64,000 bases of DNA from an uncultured Puniceicoccaceae bacterium (GTDB lineage: Bacteria; Verrucomicrobiota; Verrucomicrobiia; Opitutales; Oceanipulchritudinaceae), in NCBI GenBank assembly GCA_963933835.1, contig CAWVVV010000003.1, positions 32,001 to 96,000 on the forward strand. Direction: 5' to 3'. A program made the translations under genes and the position numbers. The notes beneath the pieces were generated by a model. That model made no database searches and had not been told where the DNA came from. It was given only the letters and a program-made list of their open reading frames with translations. Shown here piece after piece: positions 32,006 through 42,163 of the stretch (position 1 is the stretch's first letter; each line of letters begins with the position of its first letter).

Positions 32006-32776
32006 GCGGCAGGGATAATCCAGTTTGTCTTTAACCTCACAGGCTACGGGATCGACCGCACCGAGCGTGACGATGTCCTCGCTACCCGAATCAACGCAGA
32101 GATCCCGGCCATCCTTGCCCAAGCACTGGCTAAGATCGATCCCGACGGCTGGCCACACCAACGCCTTGTCCACATCGGCTCAGCCCTCGAATATGGCGAG
32201 ATCAGTGGCGATCTATCCGAAGACTCCGAGACCGAAGCCACCACGCTTTACGGTCGGACCAAGCTCCAAGGCACGCTTGCTCTCCGCGAGGCAGCGCAGC
32301 GCAGTGACCTACAAGCTCTCACAGCCCGCCTCTTCGCCGTCTACGGCCCTGGGCCGTCTACGGCCCTGGTGAGGCATGCCTCCCGCCTGCTCCCTACCCT
32401 GATCAGTAAAGCTGGCTCTAGCGACGCCATCCCGCTCACCAATGGCCTTCAAAAGCGCGATTTCACTTTCGTAGGCGATGTTGCGGACAGTCTGATCCAA
32501 CTAGGATGCGTAAAGACTGAGCTCGGCCAGGTCGTGAACCTCGCGAGCGGCACCCTTCAGAGTGTCCGACACTTTATCGAAGTTACCGCTGAGGTCAGTG
32601 CCATCGAACGCCAACGGCTGAAATTCGGAGAGATCCCCACCCGACAGGAAGAAATGGTCCACGACCCTGTGAACAACGAGCGGCTTCGCGCCCTCACGGG
32701 AAGTGCCCCCAGTAGCTCGATCCAGGAAGGCATTCGCCAAACCCTCGCGACGCCTTGGCCACACGAGATCGTTTAG
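32006..32776 (+). pseudogene. NAD-dependent epimerase/dehydratase, 5'-truncated
   Basis: VFNLTGYG, HIGSALEYG, YGRTK (YxxxK), RLFAVYGPG, RDFTFVGDVA; no GxxGxxG and no start codon ahead of the conserved region. Confidence 0.8.
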
Positions 32777-32847
32777 AGCTCATTGCATTTAGCTCTAGAT
32801 TGCCATTGCATTGAAATTGCGCGGACTGCTTCACTTTGCGCCCTCCG

Positions 32848-34251
32848 ATGCAGCTTCATCTCCACAACACTTCAACTAAAGCGAACGAACCCGTCATCCC
32901 GATCGACGGCCAAACCTATCGCTTCTATTGCTGCGGCCCGACGGTCTACGGGCCAGCACACATCGGCAACTTCCGTACCTTCGTCCTTCAGGATCTTTTT
33001 CGTCGTGTTCTCGAAGGCCTCGGCACGTCCACCTACCACGTGCGCAACATCACCGACGTAGACGACAAGACGATCCGTGGCGCCACTGCTGAAGGCGCTA
33101 CCCTCAAAGCCTTCACGAAGAAATGGCAGGACGCCTTCGAAGCCGACAGCGAGGGACTGAATATTATCCCTCCGCACGTTTCACCCTCTGCTATCGAGCA
33201 TATCCCCGAGCAGATCGAGCTCATCAGCGCGCTCATCGCCAAGGACCTCGCCTACCAGGCTGAGAATGGCTCCGTCTATTTCCGCATTTCCGCCTTCGAC
33301 GACTATGGCAAACTCTCCGGTCTTCAAATGGACGGCATGCGCCAAAACGCCGACCAGCGCCTCAACGAGTCTGACGAATACGACAAGGAAAGCTGGAACG
33401 ACTTTGCCATCTGGAAGTCATGGAAAGAAGAAGACGGCGCCAACCGCTGGGAAAGCCCTTGGGGTCCAGGTCGGCCCGGCTGGCACACCGAGTGCAGTGC
33501 CATGATCAAGCGCTACCTCGGAGACAGTTTCGATCTCCACTCCGGCGGCGTCGACCTCGTCTTTCCCCACCACGAAAATGAAATCGCGCAAAGCTGCGGC
33601 GCCCACGGTGGACATTTTGCCAAGCACTGGTTCCACATCGCTCACCTCCGCGTTGAAGGGCAAAAGATGAGCAAGTCCCTCGGCAACCTCCACACCCTCG
33701 AGGAAATCAAAGGTTGGGGATACACCGGCTCAGAGCTCCGCTACGTGCTCATCTCGGGCCACTACCGCCAGCCGCTCAACTTTACGCGCGATTCTCTTGG
33801 CGGTGCCCAGAATGCGATGAAGCGCCTGCGCAAGACGCTCGCAGCACTCAATCCGTCGAACGCGTCGCTTCCTGACAGCTCCGACTGGGGACGCTTCAGC
33901 CCCGTGATCGAAGCCCTCTGCGACGACCTCAACACCTCTAAAGCCTTCGGCCAGCTCCACACTGGCCTCGCTGATCTCGATAAAGCGATCAAAGCCGGAC
34001 TCAGCCCCGAAGTCGCCCTCGCCGAAGCCGCTGCCCTTAGCGCCGTCCTCGACATCCTCGGCCTCGACCCGAGTGAAGAAGCTGAAGCGAACAGCGACAT
34101 CCCAGCAGAGGTCATCGCTCTCGCTGAACAACGCCAAGCCGCCCGATCCGCCAAAGACTGGCCTGCAGCCGACGCCGCTCGCGACGCCATCAAAGCCGCT
34201 GGCTACCAACTCCAAGAAGGCCCCGACGGCTATAAACTTTTACCACTGTAG
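32848..34251 (+). CDS. cysS: Cysteine--tRNA ligase
   Basis: [42 protein letters not shown]. Confidence 0.97.
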   Translation: MQLHLHNTSTKANEPVIPIDGQTYRFYCCGPTVYGPAHIGNFRTFVLQDLFRRVLEGLGTSTYHVRNITDVDDKTIRGATAEGATLKAFTKKWQDAFEADSEGLNIIPPHVSPSAIEHIPEQIELISALIAKDLAYQAENGSVYFRISAFDDYGKLSGLQMDGMRQNADQRLNESDEYDKESWNDFAIWKSWKEEDGANRWESPWGPGRPGWHTECSAMIKRYLGDSFDLHSGGVDLVFPHHENEIAQSCGAHGGHFAKHWFHIAHLRVEGQKMSKSLGNLHTLEEIKGWGYTGSELRYVLISGHYRQPLNFTRDSLGGAQNAMKRLRKTLAALNPSNASLPDSSDWGRFSPVIEALCDDLNTSKAFGQLHTGLADLDKAIKAGLSPEVALAEAAALSAVLDILGLDPSEEAEANSDIPAEVIALAEQRQAARSAKDWPAADAARDAIKAAGYQLQEGPDGYKLLPL

Positions 34252-34267
34252 TTTAAAAAAAAGCATT

Positions 34268-34345
34268 CACCACGGAGACACAGAGACCACAGAGAAGAGA
34301 GAAACGATTCATTAAATACTCCGTGCTCTCCGTACCTCTAGCGAA
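34268..34345. repeat. Imperfect inverted repeat built from 8-9 nt tandem units (CACRGAGA)
   Basis: CACGGAGA CACAGAGA C CACAGAGA facing CTCCGTG CTCTCCGTA CCTCT. Confidence 0.7.
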
Positions 34346-34429
34346 GCGAGTGAGAAACACATTCAGAATAAGTTTTTGCGCCTTTTGTGGTTCCAATATA
34401 ATTTCAGTAATCTTCGTATCTACTTTACC

Positions 34430-34855
34430 ATGACAATTCTCGAAAAACGAGACGCCCTCAAAGAAGATCTCAGCTTCCTTCCCGATACTGAGGAACGCTT
34501 CCGCTACATCCTTGATCTAGGGCGCGGCTATGCGCCTCTCGCCGACGAGCTCAAAACGAAAGACCGCCTTCTCCCTGGCTGCCTCTCACAACTTTGGCTT
34601 GTCCCAGAATTCAAGGACGGCATCTGCTCCTTCGGAATGGACGCCGATGCCCATATCACCAAAGGCATCGCGTCGATGGTTTGTAACCTCTACAACGGCG
34701 AAACCCCCGAGAGCATCCTCTCGACCGATCTAGAATTCCTCAGCGAACTCGGCATCCCACAAGTCCTCTCCGCCAACCGCCGCAACGGCCTCTCCAATCT
34801 ACGGCACAAGATACGCAGCTTTGCAGTCGCAAGCGCGGCAGGTGCTAGCTCGTAA
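34430..34855 (+). CDS. sufE: Fe-S cluster sulfur acceptor SufE
   Basis: ERFRYILDLGR, PGCLSQLWL, DADAHITKG, LSANRRNGL. Confidence 0.92.
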   Translation: MTILEKRDALKEDLSFLPDTEERFRYILDLGRGYAPLADELKTKDRLLPGCLSQLWLVPEFKDGICSFGMDADAHITKGIASMVCNLYNGETPESILSTDLEFLSELGIPQVLSANRRNGLSNLRHKIRSFAVASAAGASS

Positions 34856-34915
34856 GAAACTGGATTTAACCGCAGATTACACAGATTTGCAGTTTAAGGC
34901 TTTCCCGTAAATGCG

Positions 34916-35791
34916 ATGCTCACGGTCCCTCTGCGTGGGAGCAAATCGACGATCGGTGCTATTCAAGTTCTGAACAAGGAGATCATTGCCGATGAGAGCA
35001 CCTTTACTAAAGATGACCTAGCGCTCATCGAGGAAGTTGCCGAATACTCCGCGCCGCTCATCCAGCGCATGCTGGATCCAAATTTTGTCGTTAGCCCAAA
35101 CGACACGGCCAAGTTTGTTGCCCGCTTCACTGACAACGAACTGATCACGAGTGATGAAAATCTTCAAATCGATGAGAAGCTCATCGAAGTCGTAGGTGAC
35201 GCGATTATACGTCGCTCCGGCATCCTGCCCTACAAGCGCCTCGGCCCGAAGAACGGCGCCGTCCTGATGTCGAACCCGCTGGACTATCCCAGCCGCGAAT
35301 CTTTTCAAACGTCTACCGAATTGATCGTCGAAGAGGTCGCCGTCGCTCCCGCTACGTTGATCGACGCGATGCTTCGCAAATACCTCGGCGTCGATAACGA
35401 TTCATTAGCACCGGAGATATCTAACTCCGACATGGCAGAACTCACGGATGTCATCGACATGGAGTATGGTGAGAGCTCTGACGGCAGTGGCCACGGAGGC
35501 CAACTCGATAGCGAAGAGAGTGCGCCAATCATTCAGCTGGCGAATCGGATTATCGAAGATGCCTATGTTTGTGGAGTATCCGACATCCACATCGAACCTC
35601 AGGAAAATGATCTCATCGTCCGTTACCGGATCGACGGGGTGTGTGAAGAGAAGCTGCGCCTACCTTCCAAAGTAGCGGGTGCCCTCGTTGCTCGCATCAA
35701 GGTCATGGCCGAGCTCGATATCGCCGAAAAACGCCTCCCACAGGACGGCCGAATCATATTTAAGCGCTATACAAAGAAGAACATCGGGTAG
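34916..35791 (+). pseudogene. Internal fragment of a GAF + PilB/GspE ATPase gene
   Basis: Starts mid-GAF (MLTVPL..IGAIQVLNK); SDIHIEP, RYRIDG, LDIAEKRLPQDGR; stops before Walker A. Confidence 0.85.
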
Positions 35792-35906
35792 TCTGGCTTC
35801 GGACGCCCCATCTCCGCTGCATGCGCAGTATAGTTAAGTCCGATACCGTAGACCGCTGGAACGATTAGCGACTTCAGATCTGTCATACCGATCTAGAAAA
35901 AGAAAC

Positions 35907-37283
35907 CTAGCCCGTCGAGGCAAGCGCTGCTTCAAGCGTGCGGATGTAATCGGCAACATAATCCCGTTCTTGTAGGATTTGAGCACGACGCAGGAGCTTG
36001 ATCGCTTCAGCATAGTCACGCTGTGAAACCTTCATCCGTGCCTGAGCAGTCAAAGCCTTTACTTCATAGTCTGCTACTTTTTCAGCCGCCTCGTAAGCAA
36101 ACGTAGCCCGAACTAAATCGCCCTTGGTTCGATAAAAGTCACCAAGTGTGAGTTGCGCTTCACCGTTTAACGGATCGCGCTTAACGACATCCTGCAATAC
36201 ATCGAAGGCTACCTCTGCCTTTCCGAGCGCAAGCGCTGTGCGCGCCTGAAGCGTCAATAGATCCAGTTCTTGATCAGGCGTAAGGTCTCCAATCGAATTA
36301 CTCGTGAGCTCTTCAATCAGCGTCTCTGCTTGTTCATTCATAGCACGCGATAGCAGACCGCGCACTAAGTTTATCTTACGATCCGACGATAAATCTTCTT
36401 TTGCAGAAACCTCGAGGTAAACCTCCACAGCCTCATTAGCCATGTTTTCGTTGAGAAAAAGGTCGCCAAGCAAAACTAGAGCAGGCGTCGAGGCTTTGCC
36501 TTCACCCCGCAGCAGATTCAGATTAGCAATGGCATCTTCATACCGCTGAAGCGCGAGGAAGCTATTCGCCTGCTTCATCCACAAATCCGAGTTCTCGGGC
36601 ATATCGAGAAGGAGCTCATCTATGTAACGAGCTGCATCCCCAGAATCACCCGTTGCTACGAGCGCGTTAAGCTTACCAAGACGCCAGTCGTTACTATCAG
36701 GCTCAAAAAGCAGCGCATTCCGATAAGCATCGAGCGCAGTCTCGGGTCTGTCTGTATTTAAATAGCTGTATCCAATCAGTCCATACAGGCCACCATTTCC
36801 GCCTCCGATTTCGAGTGCTTTTGTCAGATAGGTAACCGCATTGGAATAGTCGCCTTTCTGGACGTAGGCTAAGCCCAAATTCTGGTAGGCTCGATAGAAA
36901 TTCGGGAACGCTTTGATCGCTGCTAGATATTTTGGGATCGCTGGATCAATCAATCCATTTTGCAGGTAAAGACTCGCTATAAAGTAATCGAGCGCGGGGC
37001 TGACGTCTTTCCTTTCCACTGCTGCCTGCCCCTTAAACGCTTTAATTCTATTTATCGCTAGCTGATAGTTCGTCTGCATCAACGGAGCAATCGCCTGCAA
37101 GAGCGTCCCTTCATCCTGGGAGATTTGTGGGCTGATCGTCTGATCTGCGGCGTAAGTACCAACAAAGCGTTTCACGAAATCCGGATTATTGAAGGAGTTT
37201 TCCGTCAACGGATAGGTGCTCTCAATGGCAAACGCCGGAGAAAGAGCAATGAACAGTGATATGAGTGATATATAAGATTTCAT
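35907..37283 (-). CDS. Exported TPR protein (TtpD-like)
   Basis: Signal peptide and multiple TPR repeats; last gene of the tonB operon. Confidence 0.8.
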   Translation of the reverse strand: MKSYISLISLFIALSPAFAIESTYPLTENSFNNPDFVKRFVGTYAADQTISPQISQDEGTLLQAIAPLMQTNYQLAINRIKAFKGQAAVERKDVSPALDYFIASLYLQNGLIDPAIPKYLAAIKAFPNFYRAYQNLGLAYVQKGDYSNAVTYLTKALEIGGGNGGLYGLIGYSYLNTDRPETALDAYRNALLFEPDSNDWRLGKLNALVATGDSGDAARYIDELLLDMPENSDLWMKQANSFLALQRYEDAIANLNLLRGEGKASTPALVLLGDLFLNENMANEAVEVYLEVSAKEDLSSDRKINLVRGLLSRAMNEQAETLIEELTSNSIGDLTPDQELDLLTLQARTALALGKAEVAFDVLQDVVKRDPLNGEAQLTLGDFYRTKGDLVRATFAYEAAEKVADYEVKALTAQARMKVSQRDYAEAIKLLRRAQILQERDYVADYIRTLEAALASTG

Positions 37284-37293
37284 GTTCTAAATT

Positions 37294-37974
37294 CTACCTT
37301 CCTACATTCCAACCAACCGGCACGATATAGCGCGCTCTCACTGGTTCTCCATTTTTCTTCGGTGGGGTCCAACGGATCGTTTCAACAAAATCGACTGCAT
37401 CGGACGAAAAGCGTGTAGGGTCGGCATCGAGGACCTTAATTGCCGTCGTTATACCCTGTTCGTCGATCTGTACCTCAATGCGATACCGCCCATTCAAACG
37501 CGCTTGCTTCGCCTGAATTGGTGCATCCATGCGATAGTTACCAAGAGGCCTAGGGAGTTCATCCAGATCCTTGACGTCAAAGAGCATGATATCCTCGACA
37601 GCATTTGGCTGAACGGCGAAGCCGCCGAAGCCAAAACCATCGCCCATCGCATCCCCTACTCCGGCTTCCAGTGCAACGTCTAGTTGAGCTAGACTTATAG
37701 GTGGCGGAGGCTCACTCATTTCTGGCGGAGGCTCTTCCGGTGGGGGTTCCTCAGGCGGTTCCTCAAAGTCTGGCGGAGGCGGGGGCGGAGGCGGAACCAC
37801 ATCGATCGCCATCAATTCCGGCTTACCATCTACTAATCCCGAAATAAACTGAGTAAAGGGTATCAGGAGCAAAATCAGCGCCGTCAATATGCCCGCATAG
37901 GCAACCACTCGACCCAGCGCCGGCGTCATGCTCGGCGGCTCGTAACTCGGTGGTGGCTCAGTTGGCGATGTCAT
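37294..37974 (-). CDS. tonB: Energy transducer TonB
   Basis: TM segment, Pro-rich linker, IDEQG..WTPPKKNGEPV C-terminal domain. Confidence 0.88.
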   Translation of the reverse strand: MTSPTEPPPSYEPPSMTPALGRVVAYAGILTALILLLIPFTQFISGLVDGKPELMAIDVVPPPPPPPPDFEEPPEEPPPEEPPPEMSEPPPPISLAQLDVALEAGVGDAMGDGFGFGGFAVQPNAVEDIMLFDVKDLDELPRPLGNYRMDAPIQAKQARLNGRYRIEVQIDEQGITTAIKVLDADPTRFSSDAVDFVETIRWTPPKKNGEPVRARYIVPVGWNVGR

Positions 37975-37995
37975 TACAAATCAACTACAAAAGTG

Positions 37996-38394
37996 CTATT
38001 TGGTGGCTAAATTCACAAGATTGGCTCCGCCAAGTTTAGCCTCATCTAACACCCGAGCAAGGAGCTCCACGCTCACCGTTTTATCAGCTTGGATGATAAC
38101 AGGCATGTCGTCTTGTTGAACAAGCCGACGGACGGTTGACCGCACACCCGATGGGCCGATTTCTCGGCCTCCATACACCACTTTCCCTTCTGCCGTAATA
38201 GCGATGAGGATACTGTTCTTATCTAGGTCCGTTGCACTGGAGGCCTGAGGCTTATTCACCTCTACTCCAGTCTCTTCAACAAATACCGTCGTAACGATAA
38301 AGAAGATAAGGAGGATGAATACCATATCGATGAGTGGAGAGATATTAATCTCATCGGAACCACCGTCATCAGAAAATCTGCGTTTGATCGCCAT
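37996..38394 (-). CDS. exbD: ExbD
   Basis: [27 protein letters not shown]. Confidence 0.93.
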   Translation of the reverse strand: MAIKRRFSDDGGSDEINISPLIDMVFILLIFFIVTTVFVEETGVEVNKPQASSATDLDKNSILIAITAEGKVVYGGREIGPSGVRSTVRRLVQQDDMPVIIQADKTVSVELLARVLDEAKLGGANLVNLATK

Positions 38395-38409
38395 AATCGT
38401 ATCAAAGAT

Positions 38410-39009
38410 TTAAATACGCCCTTCCTGTTTCAGGTGACGGAGTGTGAGGATTTCGACCTGCATAAGAAAAGCATCGAAGGCTTGTTCGCGCTTACGCAGG
38501 CTACTAAGAAAAACGTATCCAGGTATCGCCAAGATGAGTCCAGTCTGAGTCGTAATGAGTGCTTCGGAAATACCCCCAGCAACAACATCCACCGCCTGAA
38601 CTCCGACTGAGTTTGCCAACCCGCTGAAGGTCGCCAACATACCAACCACTGTTCCAAGGAGCCCCATGAGCGGCGCGACACCGACCAAAACCGCTGCGTA
38701 TCGAATCCGAGCGGCTATGCGGGTGAAATGCGTTGAGCGTATTTCAGCGACTCGGCCGCGCACCTCGGACTCACTCATTACCCCTTGTTGAGCGTAGCGA
38801 ATGATATTTCCCGTCGGCCCCTTTGAATCCTCCGGACGTTCGATCCAGTGCTGCCAATGATTGGCATCAAGCCGTTGGTAATCATTTCGGTTAAAGTATA
38901 CCCACAGCTCAAAAATAGCGAAATACATCAGAAAGGCCAGAATAGCCAAAGGGATCATTAGCCAACCACCGGCGACCCAAATCTCTACTATCTGATTTAC
39001 AAATTCCAT
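38410..39009 (-). CDS. exbB: ExbB/MotA proton channel
   Basis: APLMGLLGTV.GM, GGISEALITTQTGL. Confidence 0.9.
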   Translation of the reverse strand: MEFVNQIVEIWVAGGWLMIPLAILAFLMYFAIFELWVYFNRNDYQRLDANHWQHWIERPEDSKGPTGNIIRYAQQGVMSESEVRGRVAEIRSTHFTRIAARIRYAAVLVGVAPLMGLLGTVVGMLATFSGLANSVGVQAVDVVAGGISEALITTQTGLILAIPGYVFLSSLRKREQAFDAFLMQVEILTLRHLKQEGRI

Positions 39010-39044
39010 TTTCGAAATGCGCTAGTGAACCTTCTTCGACACCT

Positions 39045-40400
39045 CTATTTGGAAGCGCTGATGCCGTTCACGAAACTCATCGCTAGCTTCTCTAAGTTCG
39101 AGAGCGTACTCTTCGCAAAGCGGTTTAAGATCGCGAAGGCGATGAGCGAAGGAATCGCAACGACGAGACCGAACTCTGTCGTAATGAGCGCTTCTGAGAT
39201 ACCCCCTGAGAGCTGCTTCGCATCCCCGGTTCCAAAAATCGTGATGAGCTTAAAGGTGTTGATCATACCGGTCACGGTTCCAAGAAGACCCAATAGCGGT
39301 GCCGTAGCAGCCGTGACTTGGACGATTGGAAGCAGGCGTTCAAGCTTAGGCTGAATCTCGACGATTTTCTCGACCAAGACTTCTTCGAGAAGCTCTTTCG
39401 ATTCACCCGAGGACTCCAAGCCGGCCAGGATCATTTCGCTGGCTGTCTTTGGTAGCGCCCTCGCCTTTTCCTCTGCTGCAGCCATGTTGCCAGCGCGCAC
39501 TTCAACAACCACGTCGCGCACGGAAACGCCTTTTTCAACCTTCATTCGCCAGATCTCGAAGAACTTGAAAACGGAGATAGAAAAGGAAACCAGTGCAAAA
39601 CCGAGGATCGGATAAATCCAGATACCACCCTTCTGGATGTGCTCAAGCAGAGTCTCGTGGGTTGCTTCAATCGCGATCGCGCGACCCATGGTCGGATCTG
39701 ACGGCAAAAAGCCTTCCGAGGTACTTGCTAGCGTCGCGAGCGAAGAGGCCGCGTCAGGAATCGCGTAAAGGCGAGGGATGTCTGTCTTACCTTCGAGAAG
39801 AAGGCCACCGGTGCTTCCATCCGTAAAGTAAGCCGTAGGACCGAACAGGATGACCTCTCCATCCAGCACCGCGTTTCCAGCAACAGCGCTGCCATCAATA
39901 ACGGCTCCACCAATATTGAGATCCACGTGGGCGAGACCACTTTCCACTCCATCGAATAAAATCCCCCACTTTTGACTGTCGTCCAGCTCAGGGTCATCAA
40001 CCGCAACAAAGGCTTTTGAAAGCGCATCGATCGCCGCAGGAAGCTCTGCTGGGTGCAGGCGAGACTCTAAGGAACGGAGATATTCGAGCGCCAGATTCGT
40101 GAGGTAGTCGATCTCGTCTTGGCGAGCTTTGACGTCGGCCACGAGCGAGTTCAAATCGAGCGCCGAGGCATCATTGATCCGTCTCGTCCGAGCCGCTTCG
40201 TCGCGGAGGCCATTCACCTCGTCCTGAAGTTGGCCGAGTTTTAGAGCGAGCGGAATTCTATCGTCCGCGATCACCTCGCGTTGGTCGCTGAGCTCAGCAA
40301 GCGCCGTGCTGACGTCACCCGTCGTAGACTGAGCGTGCAGGGAGAGACTGCTAATCGCTAGAGCGACGGCAGAAGAGAAAAGGAAACGAGACAAAGTCAT
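39045..40400 (-). CDS. Large ExbB/TtpC-like protein with periplasmic coiled coil
   Basis: Signal peptide, coiled coil, DPT.G.A, APLLGLLGTVTGMI.TF, GGISEAL.TTE.GL. Confidence 0.88.
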   Translation of the reverse strand: MTLSRFLFSSAVALAISSLSLHAQSTTGDVSTALAELSDQREVIADDRIPLALKLGQLQDEVNGLRDEAARTRRINDASALDLNSLVADVKARQDEIDYLTNLALEYLRSLESRLHPAELPAAIDALSKAFVAVDDPELDDSQKWGILFDGVESGLAHVDLNIGGAVIDGSAVAGNAVLDGEVILFGPTAYFTDGSTGGLLLEGKTDIPRLYAIPDAASSLATLASTSEGFLPSDPTMGRAIAIEATHETLLEHIQKGGIWIYPILGFALVSFSISVFKFFEIWRMKVEKGVSVRDVVVEVRAGNMAAAEEKARALPKTASEMILAGLESSGESKELLEEVLVEKIVEIQPKLERLLPIVQVTAATAPLLGLLGTVTGMINTFKLITIFGTGDAKQLSGGISEALITTEFGLVVAIPSLIAFAILNRFAKSTLSNLEKLAMSFVNGISASK

Positions 40401-41170
40401 TATTGGATAGAGACTGGAAGTTCAACAAACGCAGCTTCACTCAAACTTGCATAGACATCGAGAGCGGCAAGGATCGCATCCGTGTGCTCTGGAGTTTCGC
40501 GACACTCCCAACCGGCAGGCGTCGGAACTAAGATCCCTGCTGTTTCTCCGGCAGGGTCAGCGTAAATCGCACCACCGAGCCCGAAGTAGATCGTCTGAAC
40601 AATTACGCTGCCACTCGGAAGTTCGCGGTTTTCGGACTGATCCGTGATTACAGAGTTAAATTTATCGGCTTGAGAAAGAATACCCACGACCGTCTGGAGT
40701 CGCTCGGACAACGACTGCCGTGTCGATGCTCCAGGTTTTGGCAAACGATTGTAGAGTGGTGATACGGTCTCTCTGAGTGGCACTGGAAAGCGTTCGCAGA
40801 GTGACATCACAGAGGACTCAAGGGCTGGGAGCGAGGACTCAAGCGATGCCGTCGCTGCACGCAGTTCATCTCTCGAAGTCTCTAGCTCTGAGCGCTTCGT
40901 ATCTGCCGTGCTCACAGCCGATTTGCCAAGTTCGATACGATCCGAGAGGTCGCCCTTCTCCTGTTCGAGAACACGGATCATATCTTCAACGACCGCCTTC
41001 TCCACTTTCCATTCGGAGCGCTCTTCGCTCAGGATCTTTTGGATATGGATCCACTCTTTCATTTCATCGCGGCGCTCTGCAGGGGACTGCGCCGCAAGAT
41101 TGAGAGCGAAGATGAATGTAATAAGAGACAAAAAGAGTAAGCCAGATTTCTTGGGTATCCTTCGATTCAT
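40400..41170 (-). CDS. DUF3450 (TtpB-like) exported coiled-coil protein
   Basis: Signal peptide, coiled coil, first gene of the operon, C-terminal FVELP. Confidence 0.75.
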   Translation of the reverse strand: MNRRIPKKSGLLFLSLITFIFALNLAAQSPAERRDEMKEWIHIQKILSEERSEWKVEKAVVEDMIRVLEQEKGDLSDRIELGKSAVSTADTKRSELETSRDELRAATASLESSLPALESSVMSLCERFPVPLRETVSPLYNRLPKPGASTRQSLSERLQTVVGILSQADKFNSVITDQSENRELPSGSVIVQTIYFGLGGAIYADPAGETAGILVPTPAGWECRETPEHTDAILAALDVYASLSEAAFVELPVSIQ

Positions 41171-41455
41171 GCGTATATTTTCTCCAGCGGGAACCGCACC
41201 AATCAACTGTGATCAATTGAGCTCCGCGCGCTGCAAGAGAGTGTAAGCACACCCTCTTAGCCAAGATAATTTTTTGGACTCGGCTTAGGAGCGAGAGTTA
41301 AAGCTAAAGTGAATACTAATTCTATTTATGCAGCCAAACGACAATTGTCTCCTTTCTGATCGCTTAGCCAAATTTGGCAGATTCCCATTTTGCTCAGTGA
41401 ATTGCTTGGGACTTGTCAGATGCCCCCAATGAGGCCTATTCCAGCTAGCCAGAGT

Positions 41456-42163
41456 ATGGAAAATCCAAACGAGGAACTGGCCGAGGGCTTATACGTGGTG
41501 GGGACTCCGATCGGAAACCTCGGCGACATTAGCCCGAGGGCGCGCCAAATTCTGAATACCGTCGACACCGTCCTTTGCGAAGACACCCGCGTAAGCCGTA
41601 AACTCTTCGCCTCCGAGGAGACGTGCCCACCGCTTCGGCCGCTACATGATCACAACGAAGCCGCCCTCGCCACTCAAATCCTGAGCGAACTGAAAGCAGG
41701 CAAGCGCCTCGCTTTGATCAGCGATGCGGGCATGCCGACTGTCAGCGACCCCGGTTTCCGTGTTGTTCGTGCCTGTCGGCGAGAAGGGGTAACCGTCCAC
41801 GCCGTCCCAGGCCCAAGCGCGCTGACAACTGCGCTCGCGGTATCAGGTCTCCCAAGTGATCAGTTCGCTTTTTTCGGATTTTTGCCTCCCAAAAGCGCCG
41901 CACGGAGAAAAAACCTCGAAGTGCACCGTGAGAGCGAGGCCACCTTGATCTATTTTGAATCCACTCACCGAATCGAAAAGTTTGTTGGCGACATCATTCA
42001 AGTGCTGGGACCGGAACGCACAATCTGCGTCGCCCGCGAGCTCACAAAACGCTTCGAAAGTGTCCTCAGTGGTCCCGCAGGTGAAGTCCAGACCCGGCTC
42101 AGCAAAGGCAGCACAAAAGGAGAATTCGTCGTCCTCATCGCAAAAGCATCTTACGAACTATGA
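41456..42163 (+). CDS. rsmI: 16S rRNA (C1402) 2'-O-methyltransferase
   Basis: LYVVGTPIGNLGDIS.RA, CEDTR, SDAGMP..SDPG, RELTK.FE, KGEFV. Confidence 0.96.
   Translation: MENPNEELAEGLYVVGTPIGNLGDISPRARQILNTVDTVLCEDTRVSRKLFASEETCPPLRPLHDHNEAALATQILSELKAGKRLALISDAGMPTVSDPGFRVVRACRREGVTVHAVPGPSALTTALAVSGLPSDQFAFFGFLPPKSAARRKNLEVHRESEATLIYFESTHRIEKFVGDIIQVLGPERTICVARELTKRFESVLSGPAGEVQTRLSKGSTKGEFVVLIAKASYEL

Noticed and set aside
41305..41330. Fur box upstream of the tonB operon
   Set aside because: AT-rich but matches only about half of the consensus
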